A stretch of DNA of 64,000 bases from Mytilus edulis. Taxonomy: Eukaryota. The translations under genes and the position numbers were made by a program. Below the pieces are notes generated by a model, which was not told the origin of the DNA, did not search any database, and saw only the letters and a list, made by a program, of their open reading frames with translations. Shown here in pieces: positions 50,701 to 62,800 of the stretch. The first letter of the stretch is position 1. Each line of letters opens with the position of its first letter. The DNA lies in contig NC_092348.1 in NCBI RefSeq assembly GCF_963676685.1, positions 83,142,001 to 83,206,000 on the forward strand, written 5' to 3'.

Positions 50701-53415
50701 TTTATAAATATTTTGATATGAGCGTCACTGATGAGTCCTATGTAGACGAAACGCGCATCTGGCGTACTAAATTATAATCCTGGTAACTATTAATTTGGCG
50801 GAACTCATGTTTTTATGATTTTTTGTGTTGATGCGAATTATTTATAGGGACTCCCCTCCGCCAATCACATTTCAGCCTACCCTCACGCCATCGACATTAA
50901 CACATGGTTTAGAATGTTGATTTTTATATCATACACAAATGTGTACTATGCCTATTGTTGGCTGTTATTTTTACACTATTGCGTTTCCAATTGTGTACAT
51001 GTATGCAAGACAGCTTTTTGGTACCCCTCATGGTCATCATTTTAGATTACATTGGTAAATAAGATTTCGTGTTTAAATTTATTAAGCGTGGATTACATCA
51101 TGGTCATTATTTTAAATGACATCGGATAAGAAAAGATTCCATACTAAAATTGATGAAATATATCATAATTACGCATAGGAGAACAATATACTGTAAAATA
51201 TTACAACTCTAAATTTCAGCGATCGGCGGAAGTAGAGATGAATGTGAGGAGACATTTGCTGGAACTAAAGCTTTCTCAGAACCAGAGTCCCGAGCAGTCG
51301 GTCATTTGATGCAAAGTCTTAGAGGTCAGGCAATAGCATACCTTAATTTACACTCTTATGGACAGCTGTGGCTTTGGCCATGGGGATATACTACTAGTCT
51401 TCCTTCTGATTTGGCAGATCTGGTAAGATGTAAGATTGGTGTTGCTTTTAAATATCTTGGACATTTACTTCTAAATTGATTTGGAATATAGCTTTTGCAG
51501 TCTTTACATTTTACTATGTTGCGTATAACTTCCTGTTGACACGTTATTTATCGAAATGAAGTCAGCACTTTTTATCTCACCTAGGGCGGAGGACCAAATG
51601 AGGTTTCGCATTACTTGGAGTCCGTAGTCCGTCTTCGTCGTCGTCGTTGTTAACTTTTTGCATTTTGGACTTCTTCTAGAGAACCACTGAATAGAATGAA
51701 ACAAAACATGGCATGAGTGTTCCTTATTAAGTTCTGACCAAGTGTTGTAATTTTGTATACGATCCATCATTCAAGATGGCGGCCAGCGGGGGATAATCCA
51801 TAAAAATGTCTTTTCTTAGAGAACCACTGTACATGTATATTAAATATTAAACCAAATTTGACCTCAATCGTTATTAGGGTATCTGTTATGATTTTTATCT
51901 GTTTTACATTATTTCCAAAACCAAAGTAGAATCAGGTGAGCGACACAATCTCTTTGGAGCCTCTTGTTTAACTTAGAACGATAAATAGACTATATCTATA
52001 TAGATAAGCAACCCTTTATTGATAAAAGTTTACAGTTATATACTCTTTATATAAGTACATATTATATTTCAAACAAAGCGCAACATTTCCCTATAAAAAT
52101 CAATATTTCATAAAGTTTTACATTTGAACGATTGTTGATTGCTGAACGTACAGCGGTACATTGTTTATGATTATTCAGATTGAAAACAAATCATAATAAA
52201 TCAAATAGGTAGATCGGAATACTAGTTTTGACTGCTCCAGGAAAATGATTGAAAGGATAAAACATGTTGCCTTCCAATGAGGCACCTCAAAACAAAAGGT
52301 CAACTGTAACGGGACATATCTTTTATTCCCAGGTCAATTTTAATGAAATGTTTCCTCTACTGTTCGTGAATATACTGCTTACATGTGTGTGTATTGTTTG
52401 TCAGGAAGCGCCAGCTCGGCACATCAAATGTGTTATTTTCCAACCAAATTTATGATTCATATGCGGTATATATATAAAGAAACGTACATTATTTGTTTAT
52501 CCTTTGAGATCGATAAGAGTTATGTTAAGCATTACTTAAAACGTTTATGTTCTCTTTTTTTTCTACAGAAACATATGGCTGGAAGAGGAGCTGCTGCTAT
52601 CTACCCTTCCAATCATGCCCATTACACCACCGGTGGTGATGCGACAGATTTATGTAAGTGTTGTTTTTTTTATGTGCATTCTGTTGGAGAATCAATAGTA
52701 TATTTATGTTTTTTTTATGTTTGTGCATATTTGTCTAGGTAGGAATTGTAAAACGAAAATGTTAACTTTTGATCAATAATTGTTCTGATTGATTGTTGAC
52801 ATGTTTTTATCAATATATAAGAAGTACAAATAACAAAATAACTGAACTCTGAATAACATTTAAACCGGAAATTTCCGAATGAAATCGCAAAATTAAAAGC
52901 TCAAGACATCAACCGAATGGATAATAACTAATTTATTCCTGACTTGGAACAGACATTTTCCTAATGGAATAAACCTGGGTTTATTGATAGCTACACCTTT
53001 CACTTGTATGACGATTGCATAAAAATTCCATTGTGTTGAAAAACCCAGACATAATTGGTTTCATCTAGGTGTCTATGTATACACGATTATAAATCGCTGG
53101 AGATGTACTAAACACATTAATAATTATATTATCTTAATGTTGTTTTGTGTTAATTTTGCAATGTTATAAACAAATAACAAGATTTGTCACCACTTGATGT
53201 ACATACGTTCTTTATCAACAGACCCAGCTGCTGGAGGAGCTGACGATTTCGCTAAAGGTGGCGCTGGTATAAAATATTCATACACCGTAGAATTACGGGA
53301 TACTGGACGACATGGCTTTGTTCTACCAGCTAGCACTATTATCCCATCCGGGGAAGAAACATTGAAGGGAATAATAGCATTTGCCAGCGAACTATATGCA
53401 TATGAGAGACTGTAG
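41636..53415 (+). CDS. CPB-like: Preprocarboxypeptidase, M14A family, carboxypeptidase B-like; 11 coding exons, 1275 nt, 424 aa
   Basis: Exons 41636-41715, 41944-42019, 42685-42821, 45106-45196, 46343-46441, 46838-46936, 47444-47554, 50055-50154, 51220-51422, 52569-52653, 53222-53415. Signal peptide, pro-domain, GIHAREW (His69/Glu72), NPDGY, WRKNR, DLNRNF, LHSY (His196), YPAAGGADD (Tyr248, Asp255), TVELR (Glu270). Confidence 0.95.
41944..42019 (+). CDS. CPB-like exon, pro-domain ([10 protein letters not shown]...)
   Basis: cag|G...AAT|gttagt. Confidence 0.88.
42685..42821 (+). CDS. CPB-like exon, pro-domain (VDIW...DIHV...IEDLQ)
   Basis: gtag|GTT...AA|gtaaga. Confidence 0.9.
43810..44370 (+). 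repeat. Dispersed repeat family D (fragments at 34900-35045 minus, 45641-45710, 55205-55460)
   Basis: caacagtagtataccgctgttcaaaactcata...aaaatcggggtaacaaactaaaaccgag shared among copies. Confidence 0.7.
44780..44993. mobile_element. Tc1/mariner-type MITE (TA-flanked)
   Basis: TA-ctatggattcatt ... aatgaatccacag-TA. Confidence 0.75.
45106..45196 (+). CDS. CPB-like exon, activation junction (LIENE...[18 protein letters not shown])
   Basis: tcag|A...CAG|gtaatt. Confidence 0.9.
45171..45920 (+). repeat. 33-bp minisatellite (about 20 units) derived from the exon 3' end plus splice donor
   Basis: Consensus tgtcacattatcattccagctatCAG|GTaatta; unit 1 overlaps exon 45106-45196; interrupted at about 45641-45710 by a family-D fragment. 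Confidence 0.9.
46343..46441 (+). CDS. CPB-like exon ending at a GC donor (...[13 protein letters not shown])
   Basis: acag|ATC...AAG|gcaagt. Confidence 0.88.
46838..46936 (+). CDS. CPB-like exon ([12 protein letters not shown])
   Basis: atag|GTC...CAG|gtttgt; Zn ligands. Confidence 0.95.
47444..47554 (+). CDS. CPB-like exon ([12 protein letters not shown])
   Basis: ttag|CTC...AAT|gtaagt. Confidence 0.95.
48112..49531 (-). mobile_element. Academ DNA transposon, internally deleted relic, in CPB-like intron 7
   Basis: TAG...CTA termini, TGA TSD (48109-48111 and 49532-49534), perfect inverted block aaatcatgcaaatggtgatacaagca. Minus-strand fragments: [58 protein letters not shown], and Cys-rich [26 protein letters not shown]. 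Confidence 0.85.
50055..50154 (+). CDS. CPB-like exon (RMWRKNR...GVDLNRNF)
   Basis: tcag|AAT...G|gtatta. Confidence 0.95.
50360..50403 (+). ncRNA. Type I hammerhead ribozyme, core mutated (GAAA to AAAA)
   Basis: gcgtca-CTGATGA-gtct tatgt agac-AAAA-cgcgcGTC-tggcgt. Confidence 0.8.
50722..50765 (+). ncRNA. Type I hammerhead ribozyme, intact core boxes, stem III mismatch (AUC site)
   Basis: gcgtca-CTGATGA-gtc ctatgta gac-GAAA-cgcgcATC-tggcgt. Confidence 0.85.
51220..51422 (+). CDS. CPB-like exon (FSEPE...[14 protein letters not shown])
   Basis: tcag|CG...CTG|gtaaga. Confidence 0.95.
51569..51970 (+). mobile_element. Helentron-associated non-autonomous element (HINE/pearl-like)
   Basis: T-run plus ctcacct subterminal repeat, (gtc)n microsatellite, core, caggtgagc inverted repeat, 3' ctct-ttg-gagc hairpin then ttgttt. 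Confidence 0.7.
52569..52653 (+). CDS. CPB-like exon (...[11 protein letters not shown])
   Basis: acag|AAA...T|gtaagt. Confidence 0.9.
53222..53415 (+). CDS. CPB-like last exon (PAAGGADDF...[16 protein letters not shown]...*)
   Basis: acag|AC...TAG; ORF 53194-53415. Confidence 0.95.
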
Positions 53416-54437
53416 AATAGTGTCTTTGTTATGAATTGTGTCAAACTCAATGATATATTAGATTTTAACGCCTATTTTCTGTTCCTTCGAATTCCAGTAA
53501 AACAGTTTGAAATATATTTGATTTAGTTAATTATAAAAGATCAAAGTTTTATTATTTGTGGTGATTTATTTGCGCGATATTCTATTTCTAGCGAATGTCG
53601 CAAATAATAAAGTGCTCGCGATTTAGTTGATTTACAGTATATTGTAACTCAAATTTAGCATGTAAATATCGAACATAGATAACTTTTTTAAACTCCTCTC
53701 AAAAAATATATAATATTAGTAATAAAAACTTATACAGTATCGATGACGTGCTCTGAACTACCCTGACAAGGTACGCCCATATCCCGAATTAAAAATATAT
53801 GTACCAAATGTTTTTTTAAAGATACCACGGGGTGTCCATAGCGATACTTCTATTTTGTTACCCTAAATCATACATTGACGACGAACAACTCTTCTACAAT
53901 AGCTATGTTAATGATTATGCTTATAAACAAAGCATAATAGTTTTGTGTACACAAAACATGATTGTTTCTTCAAAGAGTCTTAGTTTTAAGGAACAAGGGG
54001 TTATTAGGTTTGTTTTGGACACAACCCAAATGTCACGTAACTTGTTATGGTGCCACTCTATACCATAGACTTTCTGAAAAGGGTATAACTCGTATATTCT
54101 GTTGCCAATATACTAGTGGCGATAAACAATATGCTAAATATACAGCAGGAAAAAACAATACACATTGCAACATGAAAAACTATTACTACATGTACTACAC
54201 GCGTAAAGCATTAATCTATATTACATATTTAAGAAAGCTTAAAAAAATTTGGAAAAGTATTTTTCGAATTCAAAGAAAAACATCTATAAAATCAAATCGA
54301 TTTATTCTGAACTGATTGATATTTTTGTCCTTGAGATTGACTTCTTTATCTTATCGGCTGATAATCAAATACAGACAACATTAGTATACTGTATTTCAAT
54401 AGTTAAAGTTAGCAATTCACAGTTCGGAGTGTGGTTT

Positions 54438-55045
54438 TAACAGCCCAGTAATCAACACTTCGGTGTTGACATGAAAATCAATAATGTGCTCATTTTAATA
54501 CATTTCCTGTTACAAAACTTTGAATTTTTCGAAAACTAAGGATTTTTTTTATCCCAGGCATAGATTACCTTAGCCGTATTTGGCACAACTTTTTGGAATT
54601 TTGGATCCTCAATGCTCTTCAACTTTGTACTTGTTTGGCTTTATAAATATTTTGATATGAGAGTCACTGATGAGTCTTATGAAGACGAAACGCGCGTCTG
54701 GCGTACTAAATTATAATCCTGGTACCTTTGATAACTATTTGCATTCATTTTGCCTCCGTGAATTTGTTGACTATGAAAATTAATTTGAAATAAAATTAAT
54801 GTGAAATAAAATTCATTTAAACATAAAATTCAGTTAGACAGCTGATGACTAATTCAGCTTTCAGATTGGGTTCACCTGAGCTGTTTTTGGCATTTTTGTT
54901 CTCAATGCTTTTCAACTTTGTACTTTATTTGGCCTTTGTAATTTGTTTTGGATTCGAGCGTCACTAATAAATCTTTTGTAGACGAAGCACGCTTCTGGCG
55001 TAAAAACAAAATTTAATCCTGGTATCTATGATGAGCTTATTTATA
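54438..55045 (+). mobile_element. Retrozyme-family repeat: one well-preserved unit (54438-54740) plus a degenerate partial unit (54885-55045)
   Basis: Near-identical to 50492-50791; second hammerhead degenerate (CTAATAA...GAAG at 54964). Confidence 0.85.
54661..54704 (+). ncRNA. Type I hammerhead ribozyme with canonical core
   Basis: gtca-CTGATGA-gtctt atg aagac-GAAA-cgcgcGTC^tggc; predicted cleavage after 54698. Confidence 0.88.
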
Positions 55046-58000
55046 AGACCATAAAGATTATTGTTTATATATTTTACGGGCTGTTTTCTGATTTTTCATT
55101 GCCAGAACGGCCATAGATTCAGAATATTACTGTTATGTTTACTAACATTATTTTAGCACATGAACTTAACGAAGTAAGGTTACAAAACAAATTTGATTAT
55201 TCCTACCATTAATCGATTTAGCAAAAACAAATCTGGGTATAACAAAATAAAACCGAGAGAAGCACATCAACTATAAGGAAAAAACGGAAGAACAAAAGCA
55301 CTGAACCGATTATCGTTTGCAACTGTCATATTCCTGAGGCTAATTTAAGAAAACTTGTTATCTGGCCTAGCAAAACTTTCCGCATGGATGACAATAGTAA
55401 AAATACCGCCGAAAATACAACACGTCGTGACAGAAAAAGAGTAGAAACAAATTCAAGCACAGAGATATACATAACTAAATCATATAAAAGTACTTTACAT
55501 ATCATTGCTTTAAGCTAAAAACTCATATGAATAAGTAGCTGACTTGTTTATCTTTACTTTTAAATATATAGGGAAAACGAAAATAGAATTTGATTAGCTA
55601 TAGGGACGTTTCATTTTGAATTTTCCCTAGTTTTTATTATTTTTACTTTGTATCTTTTACTTTGTATCACAAATTTTCATCTTCCTTTGTTTTTAATCTA
55701 CAATTTGGACGAAAGCTATAAGCACGTTGTTAATTATGAATGTTCCAAAATTGGTCTGTATTGATATGTATCCAGGAGAGGCGAACGATATCAAAAGAAT
55801 GTTCAAATCATAAATCGAACACAATCTGACAAGGCCAGGGCATAAAGCAGACCCGACCTAAAGACAACAACCATACTCAAAACCAAAAACAGATATCTAA
55901 AGACAAAATATGAAGTGGTATTTAAATCATGTTCAAATAGTTAGAGAAACCAGACTTATATTTATAATTAAAGTACAAAAGAAGTTTCGTTCATTCAAGA
56001 CTTCTCTTTGTACTTTAATCAAAACATCTGAAAGGCATACTAAATTAAGACGTTGAAGAGGTGGTTTGACAACCAAACATTCCCCAAAGAGTTGTATCAT
56101 GTATGGCAAAGTCTATCACGATCTGCACTTTGACAGATATGTACACTTTACAATTCTATTAATTATTGTAAAGTATCTCTTAACTTCCTGATAGATGGTA
56201 AGCGTACACATCGGTGCTGAGAAGTACTTTATACCTCTGGGCATCATGCAAACATCATGTTATTACTGATTACATCATATACATGTTCACATTTACAGGA
56301 CCATTGCAAGCGATGTATTACCATAAAAGTGTTGTTTTTATTGTATACTTATTTTTCAAATTTGACGTTGGTGAGTACACTATATGGTTATAACATGGAC
56401 GGTAACAGATTCCATAATGATCGGGTCAACAATAATCTAACACGAAAAAGTAACTGAACTATTTTCTTTGCTCATTGTTGAAGACGATTTTATGACCTAT
56501 AATTGCGTACATTAACGTCATGTTTACTTTGTTGGATAGTTGTCGTATTTTCAAACATTCCACATCTCCATATGTGTATACATGGCCGCGCAATACAACT
56601 GTGTAATTATTAGCATTTTTACAGACAGAAAAACAGATTGTCTTGTTCTACTTCGTTAATAGTTGTCTTTCAATTTTGCGTCCATTGATTAAGGTATAGA
56701 AATATCTTCAACTAATTTGATGAATATATTGTAACACGCCATAAAATTCTCAAATTGGTAGAATCGAACCAGGTCTTAAAAACAAATGAATATAATATTC
56801 ATAATTTTTGTGCGTTATAAGCACTGTTCTGTATTAAAGTTCAAAGCCAACTATTTGAAAGCCAAAGATGTATGAAAACTGAAACACGTGGAGAGCTATA
56901 ACACCAAAAAGGGCATAGAAATAATGTACAGAGATAGCTAGAGTCAATTTTGCCTGAGGGAGTCAAAAGTTTACTTTCCAAATTAATAAACGACAGTTTA
57001 AGAAAGTGATTTTTAAAATAATGTCAGTGATTAAGTACGAACTACAGAAAGATTATGATACCCTCAGGAACTGATATTCCATCAATGGCGGTATCGACCC
57101 AGTACTTTTAAAAATAAAAATAATACATTCTATTTTTATGCGTGTGTAGCGCATATTGCTATTTACCCTCATCAGGAAAACTGAAAGCCAAAAATTTGAA
57201 AGCCAAGCTTAAACATAGCATTAATTTTTTTTTTTATTGTAAAACATTTTATTCTATGTTTAAGGAATTTGGTAGATTAGTACACTAATAAAATTGTACT
57301 GCTAAAAATCGTCAAAAGGACTGGTAGAAATACCTTTTACAAATTAACGGACATTAAAAAAGAGGATGTGGTATGATTGTCAATGAGACAACTCTCCAAA
57401 AGAGACCAAAATGACACAGAAATTTTAAACAACTACAGGTCATCGTACAGCCTTCAAGAATGAGCAAAACCCATACCGCATAGTCAACTATAAAAGGCCC
57501 CGAAATGACAATGTATAACCATTTGAACGAGAAATATTACGTCCCTATTTATGTACAAAAATTGAATTTTTGTAACTTTATGAAAATATATATTACTTGG
57601 CTTCTTTCTCCGGAACACAATTGGTACTTGTCATATAACCATTTCTTTATTGACATTGCTTATTCAGTCACATTTTGACGTTTACTTCCGCTATTATGAT
57701 GGTCCTTTTGGAATACTTATCACAATTGAAACAGCTAGTACTTACAAAATATATTATTACCTATTTGATACCATTAATTGAAACCTTTGTTTAATTTTCT
57801 TATAAAAAAAACTTCCCTTTATCAATTCCTTTCCCTAAATAAAGCTATATTATGGGTAATGGCAATGTTAGTCTGTCAATTTAGACATGCCTTTTAAAGT
57901 ACACCGACGTTAATATTTTTAAATTACTGGCCTATTTTATGAACAACATTATTGTTGAATTTAGAGTATTAATATTTTAACTAAAAAGTTGTTATTCGAA

Positions 58001-59081
58001 TCGGTACTTGTTAATGACTGACAATAATTGATCATTGTAAGTTATTATTAGTACTTACTTACTAAATCATTTTCCTGCGTACTTGCACATGAGTTCACGA
58101 TCTATAAAAAACTAATAATTCATTCCTTTGTTCAAAAAGTTTTAATAAGAGAAATAAGTATATGTTTGTAATTAATTTTAGTAATTTCTTGTTATTCATA
58201 TATAAGGATGACAAAATGTATTTTCAGTAATTAATAGCAATTAAGTTTAGTAATTTATAGTAAATGCTGGAATTTGAAGAAAAAAAAAAACTTGCAAGTC
58301 TTTCATCCCGCTCAGGATTGTGCAAATTTTGAACCAGTTCAGAATTAGTTCAAGTAATTTTTGTTTTTCTCGCAGCTAACATGAATATAATGACAGATTA
58401 ATTCTGATTGGCTGAATACCCTTAATAGCCAATCAAATACTACTACATGTATAACCATTTTAATCATGTAAGGTCAAATATTAAATGTATATTTGAAAAA
58501 AAATAAGTGAAATGAATAACGAACCATAAGAAATGTTATTTACATGTATGAAGTTGTTGCTTTTTTGTGAAATATTTTTAATACAGTATATAATAATTTT
58601 AATTTATAAAATCTCAGACTAATTTCCATGTCTGTTATGAAATTATTCTCTCAGCATACCAAGTAATACGTAGAAGTCGTCTCAGTAATCAGAAGTAATT
58701 TCATTTGTTTTTGCTGCATTTAAGAAAAGTTTTTATAGAATTGCAGATATTTTATTTAAACATAATGTGGGGAGACAATTGTTATAGAATATTTAGAAAC
58801 TTTACAAAAAAAGACAAAGGAACATGCATGAACAAATCATGTTAATGTAAAAGAAAATATGACGTTCTTTGTGGTATATTTGTAGCAAGTGTCACCTTGG
58901 TCCAGAGTAACAAAATAGGATTCAGATATACAATCAAACAAATATTTAATGTCAATTGTTCGCTGATTTCACTTTATTCATCTATTTGTAATAATACCAA
59001 TTTGTATAACTAAAAATAAAGATTTTGATAAATGTTTGTTTAAATTTAACCCATATGATCCCAAAACATGTCTGCTCAGCT

Positions 59082-59200
59082 GGACCGTACGCGTATACTC
59101 ATACGGTCCGACCGTACGCGTATGGTCGGACCGTACGAGTATACGTATACGGTCCGGACCGTATGCGTACGGTCCAAATACTCATATGGTCTGGAACATA
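59082..59200. repeat. CpG-rich nested palindrome (ggaccgtacgcgtacggtcc units)
   Basis: 59082-59155 is a 74-nt palindrome (4 mismatches), followed by another 20-nt palindromic unit. Confidence 0.9.
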
Positions 59201-59818
59201 TACACCCCCCCCCCAAAAAAAAAAAAACGAATTCTGAACAAGAGTGGACACACTGAAATGTCTCGCCTGTTCTAGTGTTCATAATATAATTTATGTTGAA
59301 AGTATAAAAGAGCATTGTATACCACAAGCATTAATTAACTGTACTTGAGATGAAGGCGACACAAAAATCACATCATGAGGAAGATGTGTACTAAGTTTCA
59401 AATTGATGTGCCTCTAACTTCATCAAAAACCACCTTGACCAAAAACTTAAACTTGATGTGGGATGGAAAATCAAACAAATACACTATTGTAGATAAAAAA
59501 ATGTTTCATTATAGACTTGTTTTACTTAAAAGCAGGTGTATTTTTTTAAATAAACAAGTTACTATTTTTAAAAGGCAGAGTGCCCATATTCATTGTATTT
59601 GGCTTGTCTTTTATTCATGAATTTCTTCTGTGAATTAGGTTAGAGTTTTTTTAAATATAAAAAAAGAAGGTAAATAGTTTTGCTCCATGGATCAGTATTT
59701 CAGAAAAAACCCATTAAACTTTGATTTATCATAGCATGTTATCTAACCAAAAGTGATTAACAGCAAAAATATGGCACAAGCAAATTAGGGGCCTAAACTA
59801 CATGATTAAAAAAGTTTT

Positions 59819-62800
59819 TCACAATAATTGTTCAACAGCATCAGCCTTGTTTAAAGCAAGAATAACAGCATCAAGATCTTGGTCAATATCTGCAATTGGT
59901 GTTTTACATCTCTGCATAACAGCCAATCTGGAGAAAAAGGATGCAATCTGTCCAAGTTCTAAATATTCCTAGGGGTGAACCTTTTGTTTCCATTTTCATC
60001 CCTTGCCACTCTCATGTTCCTGACAACAGTTGAAGGATTAGCTTTAATTCCACTTCTTTCACCTTCTTCAAAAATGTTGCTCAAGTAAGATTTTACATTG
60101 TCTGAAAATCTTACAACCTTTCTTTCCTTCTTTAAGGCCCATCCCATTATTTGTTCATTGGAGCCTTGCTTTAACCCAGTCTCACATCTGAATTTGATTG
60201 TGTCTTCAGTTAGGTTAAAGCACGACTCCTTCCATCTCAATTTAATATCATTAAAGGTGCTTCCTTTATGATCTTGGTGTTCATGGTTGCCTAGCAGACA
60301 ATGGTTGTTCATGTCACTGTACGATTCAAAATACAGTATACAGCCAATTTCTGGACAACTGATGTTAAATGACTCTGAATCTGTCTGTTTTGGCATAGTT
60401 GGTTTTTTTATAATACCATCAGGTTGTGTAGGAATTGTAAAGTTTGCATGGACATCAACATTCAATTCTACATCATTTAAAGTACTATTTATAGAAATCT
60501 TCTTCCCATTTCCAATTTCAAATGCCTTCCAGGCTGTTATTGTGTCATCGTTGTTGAATCTGACATTTGAAATCTTTGTAATTGCCTTAATAGGACAGGT
60601 GATCTTCTTAACGAGAGAATTAGGATCTACAGCTACACATGCTGCTTGGCAGGATGTTACTCCACCATGTTTGTCAATGGCCATTTTCATATCTGAGGCA
60701 GTTAAAACATCACTACCAGATGCAGCTGATCTTCTGATTTTCCCTCTCATATGGGCAATCTTTGCGTCACAATATGATTTACCATTTTGTGGCTCACTAT
60801 AGTCATACCGTGCAATTGTTATGCCTAAAAAAATAAAAATATACATGTACATTAATTCAACTTAATGACACCAGAGTTGAATTGTGTTGACAAGCCTTCA
60901 ACATAACAGAGAACTTCCACACAAATTTTCAAAGCATAAATATCTCCATATTATGTGTTTATAGTATAGTATGCAGTAGATGATAGTTCAAATTTTGAGA
61001 CACTTGTATGTAAACAAATAACACTTTTAAAGTCATCAATGAACTAGCTATATATATATATTACGGTTATTTCTGGCAATTTGTATATTTCCCTTTGATC
61101 CAACTGGCTTATATTTTCAAATATCAATGTACTGACTGTATCACTAAAAATATAGGCAATGCATTGTGTGACATAATAATTTGTGTTACCTGCGATTTCT
61201 GTCCCAAAAAGCAAGACTTATGGATATAGTGATCTGGCAGCATATTAGTAATAGGTTAACTTTATTTTGTATGTGCGTACCTTGCAAGGTTCTCATACAT
61301 GCACAGATAGACAATGGTTATTCTTATAGTGTATAATAGATTACCAATGAAATTATAAATGGTATTTATACCCTGGGATTTTAAAGTAAATTATATACTT
61401 TAAAACCCAGCTTTTTAAAGTAGATGATTATAGTGTTGTGGAGTTTGTCTATTTGAATTTAAGTGCAAAATGACATTATTTCTCTTACCAGTTGTTTCAG
61501 TGATCTTAGGTATAGCCAACCAAAGACTGCCACAATGGTAGCATCCTGCATTATCGCTTCTCAAGTATACTGTGTTGATTCTGGGAAGCTGAATTTTTAT
61601 TGTTCTTAAAGTGTGCTCTAACACGGAAGCTACTGCAACCCAATCTTGTTTAACTGCATCCATTGTATGTGTATATGTTCTTTGCTGCAAGTAAAATAAA
61701 AGGAATCTAAAAAAATATTTTACTAAAAAGATAATTCTATAAAGAGGCTCCTAAGAGCTTGTAATCTTTCACCGATAGTATTGAATAAAAACTGCCAGTT
61801 TATAGCAATATTTTTAAATTTTACTAGGCAACACACATACATATTTTGTGTGAGACAAACAAAGGTGCTTTAATATATCATTTATCTGATATTTTTGACA
61901 AATTTAAGCAATAGTTATTGGTGGTGACCATTTTTAATAGGTACTGGGATCATCAACCTTAAATGTGGTAGTTTATTTAAAATACATGCATGTATTCATA
62001 GGTTTCTCAAAATTTTGTTGAAATTGGCCCCTTCAATAATCTTGATTTTTTTTTTAAACACAGTTTGTTTATCTCCTCTGAATTGTTTTACATTGGCCAT
62101 ATTGGGACCCTTTTCAGCTTACTTTGCTGAGGTGGCTAAGACTCTGTTAAAGGCTATAGTAGCCTATAATTTCTTACATTAACAACAATTGGTCTTGGAT
62201 GGAGAATTGTCTATAATTGGCAATCACACCACAAAGGAAAAAAAATGAAATAAAACATAGGTGAGGTCTATGAAGTTCAACTGACTATATGCATTTTGAA
62301 TAAGGAAATTACCATTAAATTCTGATTTTCATCTTTAAAAATACACACTGAAACATGCCAGTTAACTCCTTTTTGGCCAAACCAATCACTCTGTTTCTCA
62401 CGAAATGCTAAAGGAAGGAATTTCATAGCCCAGTCCATGATTATGAGACATTCTCCATCTTTCAATTCCTCTAATAGTAGGATCCTTGCTAGATCTTGGT
62501 TGACACCTCTTACAATATGACTCTTCCATTCAAGAATCTTAGCCTCAGCTACATCTATACTGGCCAGCAGATCATTTCTAACTTCATCTGGTATGTCTGC
62601 AAAATAAATAATGTCAACTAGATATAGTATGCCTTTAGTAAAATAGATATGGGCCTGATTAAGACCTCCTCTGGGTGCAGGATTTCTTGCATGTTGAAGA
62701 CCCATTGGTTGCCTTGAGTTGTTTTGTATGTTTTGGTTGGGTTGTTGTCTCTTTGAAAAAAAATTAAAAAATTCAATTCCTTGCTTTTTATTAACTTTTT

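Larger units (their letters stand above)
50276..50791 (+). mobile_element. Tandem retrozyme repeat (362-bp period, about 1.4 units) with two type I hammerhead motifs, sense in CPB-like intron 8
   Basis: Direct repeat; CTGATGA at 50366 and 50728. Confidence 0.88.

Noticed and set aside
57560-59040. AT-rich tract with TATTACT/AGTAAT polarity and a gattggct..agccaatc hairpin as the transposase TIR
   Set aside because: No definable terminus or TSD, and the partner end is not in the window
59025-59327. Four overlapping ORFs rich in R/T/V/Y/G/P
   Set aside because: A by-product of the stop-poor palindromic repeat
60287-60802. 171-aa plus-strand ORF (also 63320-63505)
   Set aside because: Antisense shadow of the transposase exons
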